Notes: generated by a model not told the origin, from the letters alone. Counted from the stretch's first letter, positions 51,491 to 62,362 are shown. The stretch: DNA of 64,000 bases from Christensenellaceae bacterium Phil1 (GCA_001940855.1 MSGS01000009.1:64441-128440); one strand, 5' to 3'. Translations and numbers: made by a program.

Positions 51491-53143
51491 TCAACGTACC
51501 CAAGTGTCCTTACCGGCAAGCATTGTGCGCTCCACCTTCACATTCAGTATTTCATCGTGCGGAATCGAAAACATATCTCTATCGAGTACAGCTAAGTCAG
51601 CATATTTACCAACTTCAAGCGTGCCGATATAAGCGTTCTCGCCTGTTGCATATGGAATATTCTTACTAAAAAGGCAAATCGCCTGATATACACTTAGCCG
51701 CTCCTCAGGCTGCATTCCGCCTCTTGGCAGCCCGTTTAAATCTTCCCGAGTAACAGCGCTGTAAATAGCCGGCATTGGGTCAAATGATTCAACAGGGGCA
51801 TCAGATCCCCCCGTAAGCAGCAACCCATTTTCAATATATGTGCGCCAGAGATATCCGTTTTTCTTTCTTTCGGCTCCAAGGCGCTCCTCAACCCAATGCA
51901 TATCCGTCAAGAAAAAAGCTGGCTGTACATCCAATACAACGGGCAGTTTTCGCATGCGTTCAATCAGCGCTTTTGTTGCAAGTTGAGCATGTATAATGCG
52001 AAACTTTGGCAAAGAATCAATTTTCTCTTGCGCCCATCCCTCCATTTTCAGTGCTGCACGAGTATTTTCAATAGCCGTAACAACAATATCCAATGCCCTG
52101 TCGCCGATTGCATGTATGGCGCATTGTATTCCGGCGCGCGACGCGCGCAGCATCTTACTTTCTAATGCTTCTCCGTCTTCAACAACTATTCCCATTGTCG
52201 TTGGATCATCCGCATACGGAGAATACAGTGCAGCACTGCGAGAGCCAAGGCTGCCATCACAGAACAGCTTATATCCCCCAGTATGTACTTTCCCGTCACC
52301 GTCTCCGTATGTATACTGTCTTTCAGGCCGGTTTCCCATCAGCTTTTCCAGCTTATCCTGATAAACAGTTACCCGCAGTGGGAGCTTGCCTTCTGCATCA
52401 AGTTCAGCATAATCTTCAACGGACTCTATATACTTCCATATATCAGCAGCATATGTATGCATCGATGTCATACCCAGCGATGCCATTTTTTGTAATTCCG
52501 CTGCCATTATGTTTCGCTTATATTCAGGATTCGAAAGCGGATCAGGTATTATTTCATCAAAAACCTTAGTGGCCTGTTCGCGCAAAATCCCGTTAGGGTA
52601 GCCATCTTCTTCAAATTCCACAACGCCGCCCGGTTCCGGTGTATATCCTTTTCCTATACCCGCCTTTTCCAAGGCCATTGTATTTGCAACCACCGTGTGT
52701 AGGCATGTCCGCTTTATCACTATCGGATGTTCCGTACTTACAGCGTCCAGCTCTTTGCGCGTAGGCAGCGCATCAGCAGAATCACGCCACTTTGACTGAT
52801 CGAAATTCGACCCGCGTATCCATTCGCCCCTCGTTGTAGAAACAGCTTTTTCCTTAAGGCGCAACAAGGCTTCTCTCTTTGATCTGCACCCTCCAAGGTC
52901 CACTGTTGTAAGAGCCTGACACGTTGCATAAAAATGCATATGGCTGTCCCCCAGACCCGGTATTACAGTCTTTCCTTTCAGATCAAGCATCTCCAGCGGT
53001 TCATATAGCAAAAATGCTTCACAATCTCTCCCTACAAAAACAATTTTGCCATCATTAATGCCAAGTGCTTCCACTACATCATTTTCACTTTTTAGCGTAT
53101 GAATGCTGCCGTTGTAAAGTAGTCTGTCCAGCTTCTCTTTCAT
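51491..53143 (-). CDS. Amidohydrolase-family metallo-hydrolase (Amidohydro_3 type)
   Basis: From the ORF track. PGLGDSHMHFY (HxH), CAIHAIGD and GGSDAPVE are present. Confidence 0.85.
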   Translation of the reverse strand: MKEKLDRLLYNGSIHTLKSENDVVEALGINDGKIVFVGRDCEAFLLYEPLEMLDLKGKTVIPGLGDSHMHFYATCQALTTVDLGGCRSKREALLRLKEKAVSTTRGEWIRGSNFDQSKWRDSADALPTRKELDAVSTEHPIVIKRTCLHTVVANTMALEKAGIGKGYTPEPGGVVEFEEDGYPNGILREQATKVFDEIIPDPLSNPEYKRNIMAAELQKMASLGMTSMHTYAADIWKYIESVEDYAELDAEGKLPLRVTVYQDKLEKLMGNRPERQYTYGDGDGKVHTGGYKLFCDGSLGSRSAALYSPYADDPTTMGIVVEDGEALESKMLRASRAGIQCAIHAIGDRALDIVVTAIENTRAALKMEGWAQEKIDSLPKFRIIHAQLATKALIERMRKLPVVLDVQPAFFLTDMHWVEERLGAERKKNGYLWRTYIENGLLLTGGSDAPVESFDPMPAIYSAVTREDLNGLPRGGMQPEERLSVYQAICLFSKNIPYATGENAYIGTLEVGKYADLAVLDRDMFSIPHDEILNVKVERTMLAGKDTWVR

Positions 53144-53164
53144 GGCGTCTCCCTTTTATGTATG

Positions 53165-54343
53165 CTAATGCTTCTCCTTCATACTGTTGAAGGATTTTCG
53201 TATTGCATCAAGATTCTCAGGCGATGAAACAATATCATAAGCCGTAGCTGCCAATATTTTGCTTGCATATATTATTGCAGCATGGCTTTCTTCGCTTTTC
53301 CCCTGTGCTGCCGCTTCTTTACTATGGCTTGGTGCCGGATGATCGCCGTCGCTCGCAACACGAATGCAAGCGCCCGGAGTACAATAACATACGTTGCCAA
53401 AGTCTGTAGAGCCTGTTTTTTCCCGCGGCGGAGCTATCTTGGGCGCATTAACAAGCTCCGCATTATTCATCAGCAGTGCATTAAGTTCCGGCACCGGGAT
53501 GCTGTTATCTATATCCCTTGCTCTTTTTACTGTGTATGTTGTTTCTGTCATCAATGCTGCCCCGTCAAGTATTTTCATAAGGCGTTCTATTACATTTTCA
53601 AGCATTACGCGGTCATACGAGCGAACTATAATCTGCGCCGCCGCATGCGCCGGAACTGCATTCGGCGGCATTCCTCCATCCGTTATCGCATAGTGCATAC
53701 GCACATCATCCGCTACATGTTCGCGCATGAATTCAATTGCATTAAATGCTAATATGAGCGCGTCAAGAGCACTGCGACCGCATTCAGGCCGTATAGCTGC
53801 ATGTGAGCTTTGTCCTTTATATTCCACAGAGAACGTGCTCAATGCCATAGTGCGAAGATCTACGCCAGTGGCACCAGAGCTCGCATGCGTCATCATTGCC
53901 AGATCTATATCCTTGAAGCAGCCATTTTCAAGCATGATTATTTTTCCGCCCTCTGTTTCCTCCGCCGGTGTGCCATAAACAACTATACGGCAAGGCATGC
54001 TGCGCGGCAAATTATTCTTTAACGCTATGGCTGCACCGACGATAGCGGGTCCCTGAAGATGATGACCGCATCCGTGGCCTATTCCCTCCAGAGCATCATA
54101 TTCGCACAAAAGTCCGATTGACGGTCCCCCATCTCCGTTTTTCCACTCAGCCCTGAATGCGGTGTCAAGCCCGCCAATACCAAGCTGCGTTTCATATCCG
54201 TTCTGTCTGAGGTATTCAGAAAGCAACGCGCTCGCTTTATATTCCTTCAGCCCTATTTCCGGATTGTCGCATATATAGTCTCCCATGCGCAGCAGGTCAT
54301 TTTTTTGCTTATCAACAGCGTCAAACAAATCATTTTTGTTCAT
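53165..54343 (-). CDS. M20D-family amidohydrolase/peptidase
   Basis: From the ORF track. EYDALEGIGHGCGHHL and GTPAEETEGGK are present. Confidence 0.8.
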   Translation of the reverse strand: MNKNDLFDAVDKQKNDLLRMGDYICDNPEIGLKEYKASALLSEYLRQNGYETQLGIGGLDTAFRAEWKNGDGGPSIGLLCEYDALEGIGHGCGHHLQGPAIVGAAIALKNNLPRSMPCRIVVYGTPAEETEGGKIIMLENGCFKDIDLAMMTHASSGATGVDLRTMALSTFSVEYKGQSSHAAIRPECGRSALDALILAFNAIEFMREHVADDVRMHYAITDGGMPPNAVPAHAAAQIIVRSYDRVMLENVIERLMKILDGAALMTETTYTVKRARDIDNSIPVPELNALLMNNAELVNAPKIAPPREKTGSTDFGNVCYCTPGACIRVASDGDHPAPSHSKEAAAQGKSEESHAAIIYASKILAATAYDIVSSPENLDAIRKSFNSMKEKH

Positions 54344-54355
54344 GATGCTCTCCTA

Positions 54356-55309
54356 TTATTCATATAGCGCACATGCTACGAAATGCCCCGGTTCAGCCTC
54401 TACCAGCCTTAATTCCTCACTAAGGCAGCGTTCGCTTGCATTGGGGCAGCGTGATGCAAAACGGCATCCCGGCTTAGGATCGATAGGATTTGATACCTCT
54501 CCTTTTATTATCCCGGCTCCGCGTTTACGCGGCATCAGTTTCGGTATAGGTATAGCCGCCAAAAGAGCTTTTGTATAAGGATGTAACGGGTTTTCAAACA
54601 ATCTATCCGAGTTCACACGTTCTACGCATTGGCCCAGATACATAACAGCAATTTCGTTTGAAATATGCTTTACTACCGACAAATCATGCGTGATAAACAT
54701 ATATGTAAGCCCCATATCGCTTTGCAGATCCATAAGAAGATTAAGTATCTGTGCCTGAATCGAAACATCTAATGCGCTTACAGGTTCATCGCAAACAATA
54801 AACTTTGGTTCAACAGCAAGTGCCCGGGCGATGCCTATACGCTGTCTTCTGCCGCCATCCAACTCATGCGGGTATGCGTTTTCAAAGCGGCTGGCAAGCC
54901 CGACCGTGTCCATCAATTTATTTACTCGCTCATATATTTCCGCATTGCCATGGCAGAGTTTGCATACCCTTATCGGCTCCGCAATAATATCCCTTACCGT
55001 CATACGGGGATTAAGCGATGAAAACGGATCCTGGAATATTATCTGCATATCGCGACGTATAGATGCCATCTGTCTTTCATTGTATCCGGCAATGTTCTGC
55101 CCGTTATACAGCACCTCTCCGCTGGTAGGTTTAATAAGCTGAAGTATGGTCCTTCCCAGTGTAGATTTGCCGCATCCGCTCTCGCCTACAACGCCAAGTG
55201 TGTTACCGGCCTGTATGGATATATTTACGCCATCAACAGCGTGAAGCATTCCGCGCGGAGTGTCAAAGTATTTTTTCAGATTTCTGGTCTCTATCAACGG
55301 TATGCTCAT
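54356..55309 (-). CDS. Oligopeptide/dipeptide ABC transporter ATP-binding protein (OppF/DppF-like)
   Basis: Start at MSIPLIETRNLKKYF, an ATGA overlap with the upstream gene. GESGCGKST and FIVCDEPVSALD are present, with a C-terminal oligo_HPY domain. Confidence 0.88.
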   Translation of the reverse strand: MSIPLIETRNLKKYFDTPRGMLHAVDGVNISIQAGNTLGVVGESGCGKSTLGRTILQLIKPTSGEVLYNGQNIAGYNERQMASIRRDMQIIFQDPFSSLNPRMTVRDIIAEPIRVCKLCHGNAEIYERVNKLMDTVGLASRFENAYPHELDGGRRQRIGIARALAVEPKFIVCDEPVSALDVSIQAQILNLLMDLQSDMGLTYMFITHDLSVVKHISNEIAVMYLGQCVERVNSDRLFENPLHPYTKALLAAIPIPKLMPRKRGAGIIKGEVSNPIDPKPGCRFASRCPNASERCLSEELRLVEAEPGHFVACALYE

Positions 55310-56301
55310 TCCCAAGCTTCTCCTTTCCCTCCCGCAGCCATAAGATGGCAGCGTATCATATGACTGCCTTCTCGTATAGCCGGCGCATTTTGTGTACGAC
55401 AGATATCCATGCAATACGGACAGCGATCATGGAACTTACAACCGGCCGGCAAATCTGTAGGATCCGGCATAAGCCCTTCTATTGGCGACAATCTGTATGC
55501 TTTCTTCGTAAAATCAGGAATTGAACCAAACAATCCCTTTGTATACGGATGTTTATTTTTCCCGTTAAAGACGTCTTCCGCAGTACCATATTCAACTATT
55601 TCACCAGCATACATAATAGCAACCTTATCACAAGTTTGCGCCACTACGCCAAGGTCGTGGGTTATCAAAATCATAGATGTATCAAGCTTATCTTTAAGTT
55701 CATTCATCATTTCAAGAACCTGTGCCTGTATCGTAACATCCAGTGCAGTAGTAGGCTCATCAGCAAGCAGCAGTTTGGGTTCGCACGCAAGCGCAATGGC
55801 TATCACGATGCGCTGCTTCATTCCTCCCGAAAACTGGTGTGGGTAATCGTTCTTCCTACCTGCGGGGATACCCACCATTTCAAGTATATTGTCTACTCCC
55901 GCCTCAATATCGGCATGGCTTATACCCGGACGATGCAAATAAAGCACCTCTCCTATTTGGTTTCCAACCGTAATTGTTGGATTCAAGCTCGTCATAGGAT
56001 CCTGAAATATCATTGATACCGTACTACCACGAAGCAGGCGCATATCTGCTTCCGTTGCTGTCAGCACATCTGTTCCCTCAAGAGTTATGCTGCCATGTAC
56101 AACTTTGCCTATCTTATCCGGGAGCAATCGCATTATGCTCAGTGCCGTCGTAGTTTTACCTGCCCCTGTTTCACCCACAAGTCCAAGTGTTTCACCAGAG
56201 AACAACTCAAGGTCTACGCCATTTACTGCGTATACTGTGCTCTCATCTGTTTTATATATAACGTGAAGGTTCTCTATCTTCAAAATCGGTTCAGACATCA
56301 T
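55306..56301 (-). CDS. Oligopeptide/dipeptide ABC transporter ATP-binding protein (OppD/DppD-like)
   Basis: From the ORF track. GETGAGKTT, FSGGMKQR and LLLADEPTTALD are present. Confidence 0.88.
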   Translation of the reverse strand: MMSEPILKIENLHVIYKTDESTVYAVNGVDLELFSGETLGLVGETGAGKTTTALSIMRLLPDKIGKVVHGSITLEGTDVLTATEADMRLLRGSTVSMIFQDPMTSLNPTITVGNQIGEVLYLHRPGISHADIEAGVDNILEMVGIPAGRKNDYPHQFSGGMKQRIVIAIALACEPKLLLADEPTTALDVTIQAQVLEMMNELKDKLDTSMILITHDLGVVAQTCDKVAIMYAGEIVEYGTAEDVFNGKNKHPYTKGLFGSIPDFTKKAYRLSPIEGLMPDPTDLPAGCKFHDRCPYCMDICRTQNAPAIREGSHMIRCHLMAAGGKGEAWE

Positions 56302-56310
56302 GATTTCTCC

Positions 56311-57186
56311 TTAGTTTTTCAGCCGCGGGTCCAATGCATCTCTAAGCCCATCACCTATAAGGTTAAGTGACATAACCGCAAGTGCAATCGCTGCGCCCGG
56401 TATCAGTATAAGATGGGGATAATACCGCATCATTGTTTTTCCTTCAGATAGCATAGATCCCCATTCAGGAGTCGGCGGTGAAATACCAAGGCCAACAAAG
56501 CTGAGCGACGATATACCCAGTATAGTACGCGCTATATTAAGCGTCGCCTGTACTATTATAGGGCCCATTGCATTTGGCAGAATATGTCTTAATATAATGC
56601 GGCCTCCGCGCATTCCGCATGCGCGGGCAGCTTCAATATAATCTTGCCCCTTTACCGTAAGAATAGCCGAGCGGACTACGCGGGCAAATGCAGGTATCTG
56701 CGATACAGCCGTCGCCAGTAACAGATTAAACATACCCTGTCCAAGCGCTGCAACAATCGATATGGCAAGCAGTGTGCTGGGTATTGCCAAGAACACATCC
56801 ATTATGCGCATAAGCAGATTGTCCACCTTACCTCCGTAATAACCTGCCGCTGCCCCTATAAGCGATCCTACCACAAGTGAAAGCACCATTGTGAGCAAGC
56901 CTACCGAAAGAGATATTCTCGCGCCAAACATCATACGCATCAGTATATCCCGCCCGAATTGGTCTGTTCCAAATAGGTGTGCCGCACTTGGCGTTTGCAG
57001 CTTATTCGGCATGTCCATCGTTATCGCCTTTTCATAATCGCCAAAAATGCTTACATAAGCTGCCATAAATATCATCATCAGGAATATTATAAGGCCAAGC
57101 ATTGCCAATTTGTTTTTCCTAAATCGAAACCATATCAATGAAAGCTGACTGCGTTTACGCCGTTTCGCTTTTCCCGCTGTACTCAT
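56311..57186 (-). CDS. Peptide ABC transporter permease (OppC/DppC-like)
   Basis: From the ORF track. It contains the EAA-loop region YIEAARACGMRGGRIILRHILPN. Confidence 0.85.
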   Translation of the reverse strand: MSTAGKAKRRKRSQLSLIWFRFRKNKLAMLGLIIFLMMIFMAAYVSIFGDYEKAITMDMPNKLQTPSAAHLFGTDQFGRDILMRMMFGARISLSVGLLTMVLSLVVGSLIGAAAGYYGGKVDNLLMRIMDVFLAIPSTLLAISIVAALGQGMFNLLLATAVSQIPAFARVVRSAILTVKGQDYIEAARACGMRGGRIILRHILPNAMGPIIVQATLNIARTILGISSLSFVGLGISPPTPEWGSMLSEGKTMMRYYPHLILIPGAAIALAVMSLNLIGDGLRDALDPRLKN

Positions 57187-57198
57187 TTCTATTACCTC

Positions 57199-58131
57199 CT
57201 ATCCCTTCGTGTATTGTGTTTTCACCCGCGGATCAATATAGGTATAAAGAATATCCACAAGAAGATTCATAAGTCCTGCCACAACAGCCACAAATATAAT
57301 TGATGCCATTACGACCGGCGTATCCTTCTGGCGTACAGCCGTGACCATATGGGAGCCGAGCCCCGGAATCGCAAAAACAGCTTCTATCATTACCGTACCG
57401 CCAAGTTGGTGCGCAAAATTCATACCTATAACCGTAATTATCGGCAGCAGCGCATTACGAAGGCAATGCCGAAAAACTATACGTGACTCACTTGCGCCCT
57501 TTGCTCTGGCTGTGCGGACATAGTCCTGGCGGATAACCTCAAGCATGGTAGATCTTGTCATTCGAATAAACGTTGCCATAGTTACAGAAGCTACAGCCAA
57601 AGAGGGCAGTACAAAATGCTTCCAGCTTGAGATACCAGTAGCCGGCAATATATTCAGTTTTAATGCGAACAGCAAAATGAGAAGCATTCCAACGAAAAAT
57701 CCCGGCATCGCCGTAAGCAGCATAGCACCTATCGTGCTGATGGTATCTATAATGCTGTATTGTTTTACAGCTGATAAAATGCCGATAGGCACACCTATAA
57801 ACACTGCAATCAGTATACCGAAAAACGCTACCTTAAACGTTGTCGGGAACCTATCAAATATTTCATTAAACACCGGTTGGCGATTACGATATGACGTTCC
57901 GAAATCACCCTGTACGGCATTTATAACATATCGTGCGAAGCGTACCAAAAACGGATCATCAAGTCCAAGTTCGGTGCGCAGCTTAGCAACGTCCTCAGCC
58001 GTTGCTTCCTCGCCGAGTATAAGCTTGGCCGGGTCACCCGGAGTAAAGTTCATTATCGCAAAGATGATAAATGTGATGCCTAATATCACCGGTATCATCA
58101 TAAGAAAGCGTTTCATTATATAGCGCAGCAT
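57199..58131 (-). CDS. Peptide ABC transporter permease (OppB/DppB-like)
   Basis: Start at MLRYIMKRFLMMIPVILGITFIIF. DYVRTARAKGASESRIVFRHCLRNA is present. Confidence 0.85.
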   Translation of the reverse strand: MLRYIMKRFLMMIPVILGITFIIFAIMNFTPGDPAKLILGEEATAEDVAKLRTELGLDDPFLVRFARYVINAVQGDFGTSYRNRQPVFNEIFDRFPTTFKVAFFGILIAVFIGVPIGILSAVKQYSIIDTISTIGAMLLTAMPGFFVGMLLILLFALKLNILPATGISSWKHFVLPSLAVASVTMATFIRMTRSTMLEVIRQDYVRTARAKGASESRIVFRHCLRNALLPIITVIGMNFAHQLGGTVMIEAVFAIPGLGSHMVTAVRQKDTPVVMASIIFVAVVAGLMNLLVDILYTYIDPRVKTQYTKG

Positions 58132-58271
58132 TATTTTCTCCTTACCATAAAGGCTTTTGCAGTCCGCTGCCAATAGCGGCGTCACAGCTGCAACATGCAA
58201 ATTCTTAATAAACTGCGGGGCGCACAGGCAATCGTGCGCCCACGCAGGCTGTAATGTTTTATTCTACGGCG

Positions 58272-59813
58272 TTATTCCGCCCAGCTGTAATCGAACACAT
58301 AGTGGCACTCACCTATGTTCGCCTGCACGCCTTTAAGGGCGCTATTTGCTGCAATGCAAACATTATCGGTCATCAGCGGTATAAACGGCACGTCATCTCT
58401 TACATACTCGCTGATTTTGTAATAAAGCTCCTTGCGCTCTTTTTCATCGCTGGAGGACCTTGCCTTGTCAAGCAGAGCATCTACATCGGGGTTATTATAC
58501 CTGATATAATTTGTTCCGCCTATGTTGCTGCTGTGCATACGGCCGTAGAGCACATAGTCAGCATCAGGGTAACCCGCCGTAAACATAAACAGCGTTATAT
58601 CGTAATTAGCATCAGTAGTCACATCCGAAAGGAATGCAGCGCGTTCCATCAGCTCAAACTCAAGGTTAACGCCTATTTGGCGCAGCTGAGCCTGCACTAT
58701 TTCGGCAGGGCGAGTGTAGGTAGAACTCTGATTTAGCTTTATTGTCACAGTAAGTCCATCGGGATATCCGGCTTCAGCCAGCAGCTGCTTTGCTTTTTCA
58801 AGATCGTATTCCTGATTCTTAAACTCCGGATCAAAACCGAATACGCTGGGAACGATGGGCATTTCAACCGGCATTCCGAAGCCGTTAAGCGCACCGTCAA
58901 CTATTTCTTCGCGGTTTATCGCATGGCTTATTGCTTCCCTTACACGCTGATCTGAGAAAATGCTGCTTTCATTATTAAATGCTATCACCCACATATATAC
59001 AGATCCATTGCCTGGAATGAACGCTACATTTTCAAGTGATTCAAGATGCTCCCTGTCCGCAAGATCGGGAGAATAAAGTACATCGACTTCGTTGTTTTCA
59101 AGTGCTATAGCCGCCGTGTTACGGTCGGTCATTATCATGAACGTAAGATCCTTTATTTCAGGTGCTCCGCGCCAATAGTCCTCAAACCCCTGAAGAACTA
59201 TCTTTTCTCCGCTGCTCCGTTCAACAAATTTGTATGCACCGGTGCCTACGGGAGAATTTGCAAAGCCCTCGTCGCCCAATTCTTCAACAGCGCGTTTGCT
59301 TACTATGCCAAGGCACGGCACAGACAGGCACTGCAACACGGGACCAAATGCCTGCTTCATGCAAAGTTTCACATGAGTGTCGTCCACCACTTCCGCATGG
59401 TCCATAGTTCCGCTATAACTTGTGGTAAACGATGAAGCAATAGCTCTGTTCAAAGAAAACGCTACGTCTTCAGCAGTCATGATATCTCCGTTATGAAATT
59501 TAACATTCTCTCGTATTTTGAACGTGATTTCCGTGTTATCATCCGAAAATTCCCAGTTTTCTGCAAGTCCTGGTACAAGACCCTCGCCCGGCTGGTTGCG
59601 CACCAATGTTTCGTATACCTGGTAGTGGATTATAGATGTGACCGTATCCCTTGCCATGTGGCAGTCCATACTGACTATGTCAGCATTGATACTGAAAATC
59701 AAGGAATCCTTGGTACCGGTGGTTTCATCCTGCTTCTCTCCGCAGCCTGCAAGCAGACTTGCCAGCATAAGCATGGCAACGGCTAAAGAAAGCACTTTAC
59801 TTAGCGTTTTCAT
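58272..59813 (-). CDS. Family-5 peptide/nickel ABC substrate-binding lipoprotein (OppA/DppA-like)
   Basis: Start at MKTLSKVLSLAVAMLMLASLLAGCGEKQ, which includes a lipobox LAGC. Confidence 0.85.
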   Translation of the reverse strand: MKTLSKVLSLAVAMLMLASLLAGCGEKQDETTGTKDSLIFSINADIVSMDCHMARDTVTSIIHYQVYETLVRNQPGEGLVPGLAENWEFSDDNTEITFKIRENVKFHNGDIMTAEDVAFSLNRAIASSFTTSYSGTMDHAEVVDDTHVKLCMKQAFGPVLQCLSVPCLGIVSKRAVEELGDEGFANSPVGTGAYKFVERSSGEKIVLQGFEDYWRGAPEIKDLTFMIMTDRNTAAIALENNEVDVLYSPDLADREHLESLENVAFIPGNGSVYMWVIAFNNESSIFSDQRVREAISHAINREEIVDGALNGFGMPVEMPIVPSVFGFDPEFKNQEYDLEKAKQLLAEAGYPDGLTVTIKLNQSSTYTRPAEIVQAQLRQIGVNLEFELMERAAFLSDVTTDANYDITLFMFTAGYPDADYVLYGRMHSSNIGGTNYIRYNNPDVDALLDKARSSSDEKERKELYYKISEYVRDDVPFIPLMTDNVCIAANSALKGVQANIGECHYVFDYSWAE

Positions 59814-59872
59814 GATTCTTCTCCTTGCTTCTTTATTTTTGTTGCTGTAAAGCAAAATCCAATTCTCCGTTT

Positions 59873-61237
59873 TTACTTGCCCGCCTCAAACAGGGTTGCT
59901 ATAGTGAATTTTATTCCGTTGATATAGTTCTGTATAGTAACATTTTCCCTTGCTGAATGGTGGCCTGAATCCAGTGCCGCAACACCGCATGAACATATAA
60001 TCGGCAGTTCCGGCCGCACAGTTCTAAGCAGATATGCAGGGCCGCTGCCGAGCTGAGTTATTGACGGCGTCAACGGTTTTTCATACACATTAGCTGCTGC
60101 GCGGCTCAACACATCTCTCCATGGCGTATCAACCGGAGTACGTATCGGAAACCCTTCCGCATCAGCATTCACTTCTATATCCGCAAATCCGTTTGCTTCA
60201 AGATGTTTGCGTATTTTAAGCAGTATATCGTCTGCTTTTTGGTATGGCACCAGTATTACAGAAAACCGCGCCGATGCTTCATTTGGAATTATATGTCTGA
60301 AGCCTTTCCATGGTTCGCCCGACTCAATGCCGTTTATATTGAGCGACGGTTGAAGGAATATCTTCTTTTTCAATTCCAATCCACTCAATCCAAGAAGAAA
60401 TTCCGATATTTCCTTGCGCTTCAGCATACCGTTCTCATCATACGGGTAGTTTTGAAGTACGTCTATATCTGCCTGCGTCGGATGCGCTACATCATCATAA
60501 AAGCCATCTATAAGTATGTTTTCATTTATGTCCTTCAATGTAGCCAATGCCCAAACCAACCGCCACGCGGCATTCGGAAGTTCTGCACCCATTCGGCCAT
60601 GCTCTTCCCCGTTAGACGATTTGACTTTTAAGGTTACTGTAAGTGTCGATCGTACGCCGAATGCCGCCTCAGGGCTGCCATCAGGCAACGTGCGCCCATT
60701 TTCCCATAGGCACAGATCAGCGTCAGTAATTTTTCTAACTGTTTCCGCTTCTTCTTCGACCATGCGGCTCAGGGTAATACTGCCGGTCTCCTCATCTCCA
60801 TCAAACAAAAACGCCACGCCCGCAGGAAGGGAGCCTTTTACAGCCAGTATCGCTTCTATTGCTTGAAGCCTTGCCATAAGCGCACCCTTGTTATCCGATA
60901 CACCCCTTGCATAAAGCCTTTCGCCACGCTCTGTAAGCGTGAATGGCGGCGCTATCCAGGCATTTTCATTTCCTTCCGGAACAATATCGTAATGATTATA
61001 GAATAAAACAAGCTTCTTTTTGTCAATAGTACGTCGTCCAAATACTATACTTGCTTCATCTGCTTTACCATATTCTTCAGGAGAAAACCCCATACCATCA
61101 AGCTTTTCCTTGATCATTCGCCGCGCGTTGCCAAGGCCGTTTTCATCGCCTTTAACGCTGCGCATTGAGCAAAGCCGTGCCAACTCATCTATATATCGAG
61201 TCGACATTCTATCTACATACTTGAATACTTGTTCCAT
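59873..61237 (-). CDS. M20-family dipeptidase / metallo-hydrolase
   Basis: Start at MEQVFKYVDRM, 9 nt after AAGGAA; the ORF track start is 61282. LFYNHYDIVP, ARGVSDNKG and LFDGDEETGS are present. Confidence 0.8.
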   Translation of the reverse strand: MEQVFKYVDRMSTRYIDELARLCSMRSVKGDENGLGNARRMIKEKLDGMGFSPEEYGKADEASIVFGRRTIDKKKLVLFYNHYDIVPEGNENAWIAPPFTLTERGERLYARGVSDNKGALMARLQAIEAILAVKGSLPAGVAFLFDGDEETGSITLSRMVEEEAETVRKITDADLCLWENGRTLPDGSPEAAFGVRSTLTVTLKVKSSNGEEHGRMGAELPNAAWRLVWALATLKDINENILIDGFYDDVAHPTQADIDVLQNYPYDENGMLKRKEISEFLLGLSGLELKKKIFLQPSLNINGIESGEPWKGFRHIIPNEASARFSVILVPYQKADDILLKIRKHLEANGFADIEVNADAEGFPIRTPVDTPWRDVLSRAAANVYEKPLTPSITQLGSGPAYLLRTVRPELPIICSCGVAALDSGHHSARENVTIQNYINGIKFTIATLFEAGK

Positions 61238-61297
61238 AAATCGCATTTCCTTTTGCGGAATTAAACTGTGTATAGTATACATAAAGCATTGATAAAA

Positions 61298-61314
61298 ATA
61301 AAATATTATTTTAT
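61298..61314. promoter_or_regulatory. Perfect palindrome ATAAAATA-T-TATTTTAT in the divergent LysR / M20 promoter region (candidate LysR box)
   Basis: The palindrome is seen directly in the sequence and fits the T-N11-A architecture. It overlaps a TATAAT at 61312-61317. Confidence 0.35.
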
Positions 61315-61356
61315 AATCGTAAGCATAACTTCTTATTAACGAATGGGGGCATTATT

Positions 61357-62271
61357 ATGCAGCTACGCGACATTCAATACGTGGTTACCATTGCGGACAT
61401 GCAAAGTTTCTCTAAGGCCGCCGAGGCACTATATATCAGCCAACCTGCGCTTAGCCAATGTATAAAACGCCTGGAAGCAGATCTTGGCGTAGCGCTTTTT
61501 GCGCGCAAGCGTAAGCATGTTTTGCTCACACGTGCAGGTGAATTATTCCTTCAGGATGCGCGGCAAATTCTTCAGCTTAGCAGTCATATCACATCACAAA
61601 TGGAAAACCTTCACGTTCTAAAGCATGGAAAACTTCACATAGGCATGACGCCTCTGTTTGGCCGCTTTTATTTTGCGCAGTCTTACAACGCCTTTCATAC
61701 ACTATATCCGAACATAGAGATAACCGTCCATGAGGCAACTTCAATTTCTCTGGAGCACTTGCTTGCTGCCGGCAAGATAGATATAGCTCTAATGCCGCTT
61801 CCTCTTGCGGACAAAACATTTGAATACGAGGAAATGGTATCGGAAGAAACATTTCTTGCCGTGCCGCCGGATCATCGCATAAACAGCGTAATCCCCAAGG
61901 CCCCTGATGGATGTTTTGGGACAATAGATATGGCAATGTTTCGTGATGATGACTTTATTATGCTTTATCCCGGTCAAAGATTGCGCCAACTTGGCACGGA
62001 TGCCTGCCGTGCCGCCGGATTTGAACCTCATATAGTATTTGAAACATCTTATGTTGATTCCGCCAATGCTCTTGTTGCTACAGGTATAGGTGTAAGCTTT
62101 GTTCCTTATATGATCTTTGCTACGCGCAAAGATAACGGCGGCGTTGTATACTATCATATAAATGGAATAAATGCCACGCGAAACCTTGTAGCCGCTTACG
62201 AAGATGCTTCGCAGTTATCTCCCGCAGCCAAAGCATTTATCCGTATAACGCGTGATCTTTTGCGTCAATAG
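61357..62271 (+). CDS. LysR-family transcriptional regulator
   Basis: From the ORF track. The HTH is MQSFSKAAEALYISQPALSQCIKRLE, followed by a substrate-binding domain. Confidence 0.9.
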   Translation: MQLRDIQYVVTIADMQSFSKAAEALYISQPALSQCIKRLEADLGVALFARKRKHVLLTRAGELFLQDARQILQLSSHITSQMENLHVLKHGKLHIGMTPLFGRFYFAQSYNAFHTLYPNIEITVHEATSISLEHLLAAGKIDIALMPLPLADKTFEYEEMVSEETFLAVPPDHRINSVIPKAPDGCFGTIDMAMFRDDDFIMLYPGQRLRQLGTDACRAAGFEPHIVFETSYVDSANALVATGIGVSFVPYMIFATRKDNGGVVYYHINGINATRNLVAAYEDASQLSPAAKAFIRITRDLLRQ

Positions 62272-62362
62272 GATAAAACATGTCTAATCGCCATATTTCC
62301 CCCTTGCAAACCCGTGGATTTGTGCTAAAATCTCGGCATAGATTTTGCGGAGGTAATTATAA

